Notes under the pieces: model-generated
Seen by the model: the letters and a program-made list of their open reading frames with translations, nothing else
Databases searched by the model: none
What the model was told of the DNA's origin: nothing
Shown here: piece by piece, positions 62,413-64,000 of the stretch
Layout of the letters: every line of letters starts with the position of its first letter
How positions within the stretch are numbered: position 1 is the stretch's first letter
Made by a program: the position numbers and the translations under genes
Source: Candidatus Methanoperedenaceae archaeon
GTDB lineage: Archaea > Halobacteriota > Methanosarcinia > Methanosarcinales > Methanoperedenaceae
Reading direction: 5' to 3'
DNA length: 64,000 nt
NCBI GenBank assembly: GCA_963753595.1
Contig: CAVWCX010000033.1
Location: forward strand, 39,360 to 103,359

Positions 62413-63710
62413 GGGATTGCCGAAAAATAACTTATCTAAATTAATTCCCTTCCTCTTTTGGGGAAAGAGAATAATTCCATTTTGGGTGTAAAGAATGGTA
62501 TTCTATCTTCAATCTTGCCATATCTTCATCAGAGAATTTAACTCCTTTATTATATTCCTTTTCATCTAATAGCGATGCCACAGTAAGACCTTTGTTTGTC
62601 TTTGTGCCACTGATCAGTTCAATAATTGTTTCAAAACTAACGAGCGGTTTCCCCTTCCAATTCATTGTAATGAATGAGAACATGCGATGTTCTATCTTGT
62701 TCCATTTGCTTGTCCCAGGAGGGTAATGGCATACGGTAATAGGTATTTTTATTTGGTTCACCAATTCTTGTAAATGAAATTTCCAGCCTTTATTGCGACT
62801 TCCATTGCTCCCCCCACCATCTGCACATATCATCAGACCTTTTGCATCTGGATAATTATTTCTTCCAAACATAAGCCACCATTGCCTTATGCTTTCAACG
62901 GCAAATTCGGACGTATCATAACTCATTCCCACATTTACCATTCCTTCATTTCTCTTAAGATCATAAATCCCATATGGTGTCGCCCTTCCAATCCCAAGTG
63001 AAGGAAAATCATACACATTTACTTCTTTTGCCTTGCCTTTTTTCTCCCATGTTCTTCCAGGATTTTTGAATTCTCCTACATTTTCTTTCTTTTTTGCATC
63101 AACTGATATTACGGGATACTCCTGATTTATAAATTCTTTAGCTTTTTCGTTTATATACCTGAACTGGGCATCTCTTTCGGGAACTGAAGAACCTTCGATG
63201 TTTTTCTTATTGGCCTGAAGCGAGTAATCGTTTTCCTTCAATAAACGTCCTACTGTATCTGGATCGATTTTATGTTTTAGCTTTTTCAATTCATCAGCGA
63301 TCTTGTAGGTTGATTTGTTTGTCCATTTCAGCAGGCTCATTGGGTCGCCTGAGGTGTTTTCATCCATTATTTTTTCAAGATCTCCAATTATTTCGGGATC
63401 TTTTATTTCTACCTTTTTTCTTCCTCCTCCAAGTGCTCGAAGTCTTTCTGGAGGTTTAAGTTTCTCTGACGTTTTGAGTTCCTCTATCCCTTTATGGATA
63501 GTCGAATGGGACATGCCTGTTAATTCTTCAACTTTTGAGACTCCACCCCACCCAATTTCAAGTGCTATGGCTCCTGCAAAACGTCTTGCTTGAACTTCAT
63601 CCGCTCCTGATAGGGCTTTTAGCCACCATGTGTACTCCTTGTTAGTATCCATGCCACTATATATGATGGCTTAGATTATATAATTTACTAATTTATTTTT
63701 AGGTATTGCC
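62413..63710 (-). mobile_element. ISAzo13-family insertion sequence, 1298 bp
   Basis: Imperfect TIRs GGGATTGCCGAAAAATAACTTA and (reverse complement) GGCAATACCTAAAAATAAATTA. TAA duplication at 62410-62412 and 63711-63713. Confidence 0.88.
62441..63652 (-). CDS. ISAzo13-family DDE transposase
   Basis: GGGRK, GDPMS.L.WT.KS, RDAQF.YIN, ISVDAKKKE, ADGGGSNG and HYPPGTSKWNKIEHR motifs. Confidence 0.93.
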   Translation of the reverse strand: MDTNKEYTWWLKALSGADEVQARRFAGAIALEIGWGGVSKVEELTGMSHSTIHKGIEELKTSEKLKPPERLRALGGGRKKVEIKDPEIIGDLEKIMDENTSGDPMSLLKWTNKSTYKIADELKKLKHKIDPDTVGRLLKENDYSLQANKKNIEGSSVPERDAQFRYINEKAKEFINQEYPVISVDAKKKENVGEFKNPGRTWEKKGKAKEVNVYDFPSLGIGRATPYGIYDLKRNEGMVNVGMSYDTSEFAVESIRQWWLMFGRNNYPDAKGLMICADGGGSNGSRNKGWKFHLQELVNQIKIPITVCHYPPGTSKWNKIEHRMFSFITMNWKGKPLVSFETIIELISGTKTNKGLTVASLLDEKEYNKGVKFSDEDMARLKIEYHSLHPKWNYSLSPKEEGN

Positions 63711-64000
63711 TAAGAATATATCCTCTTGTTTTTTTGTCTGAGACCTTTCAAGAGCCCTGTAATAACCTGCTCTTTTTTCATAAGGTATGTTCAGCATTGG
63801 AAAATCATTTTTGTGAAAAATAAAGTTCATCATCAATCTGCTGATTCTTCCATTCCCGTCTGCGAAAGGATGGATGGTTACAAGTTTGAGGTGAACCAGC
63901 GCTGCGAGTTGTACCGGATGCATTTTATCTTTGTTCCGGTCATACCATTTGAAAAATTCCATGAGCAACGGATAGACTTCTGCCGGAAATGGCGGTATGA
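63711..64000 (-). pseudogene. fic: Fic-domain protein, IS-interrupted near its 3' end, 5' part outside the window
   Basis: Canonical Fic motif HPFADGNGRISR. Confidence 0.9.

Noticed and set aside
1-64000. tRNA or rRNA genes, including a tRNA integration target
   Set aside because: I recognised no cloverleaf or rRNA signature by eye, and the element's target is a protein-coding gene. A tRNAscan-SE run would confirm.

Overview
Archaeal chromosome segment with Methanosarcinales-type genes. The dense multiheme cytochrome/NrfD/cytochrome b cluster points to Ca. Methanoperedens (ANME-2d); this is an inference. Housekeeping genes include leuD/leuB-like, rpiA, ilvE, fprA, an ftsZ paralog, asd, hisH, a type IV pilus ATPase/TadC/minD locus, dus, trpCBA and ino1. 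The first ~5.4 kb carry many single-base frameshifts, probably assembly errors. The main accessory feature is a ~12.8 kb integrated element (38285-51104). It sits in the 3' end of the tRNA-dihydrouridine synthase gene, has a 10-bp core duplication, and supplies a replacement dus C-terminus. It encodes two tyrosine recombinases, an MCM helicase followed by 49-bp iterons, a wHTH-ATPase, three AbrB-type proteins/domains and a toxin-antitoxin pair. Unexplained arrays of TTCTGTCC-N31-GGACAGAA units with palindrome-packed spacers lie on both sides of that pair. Also present are a low-GC repeat-bounded cassette region (10.5-13.3 kb), a MITE, several 9-nt-period triple-repeat palindromes, TRP boxes before trpC, and an ISAzo13-type IS interrupting a Fic gene.
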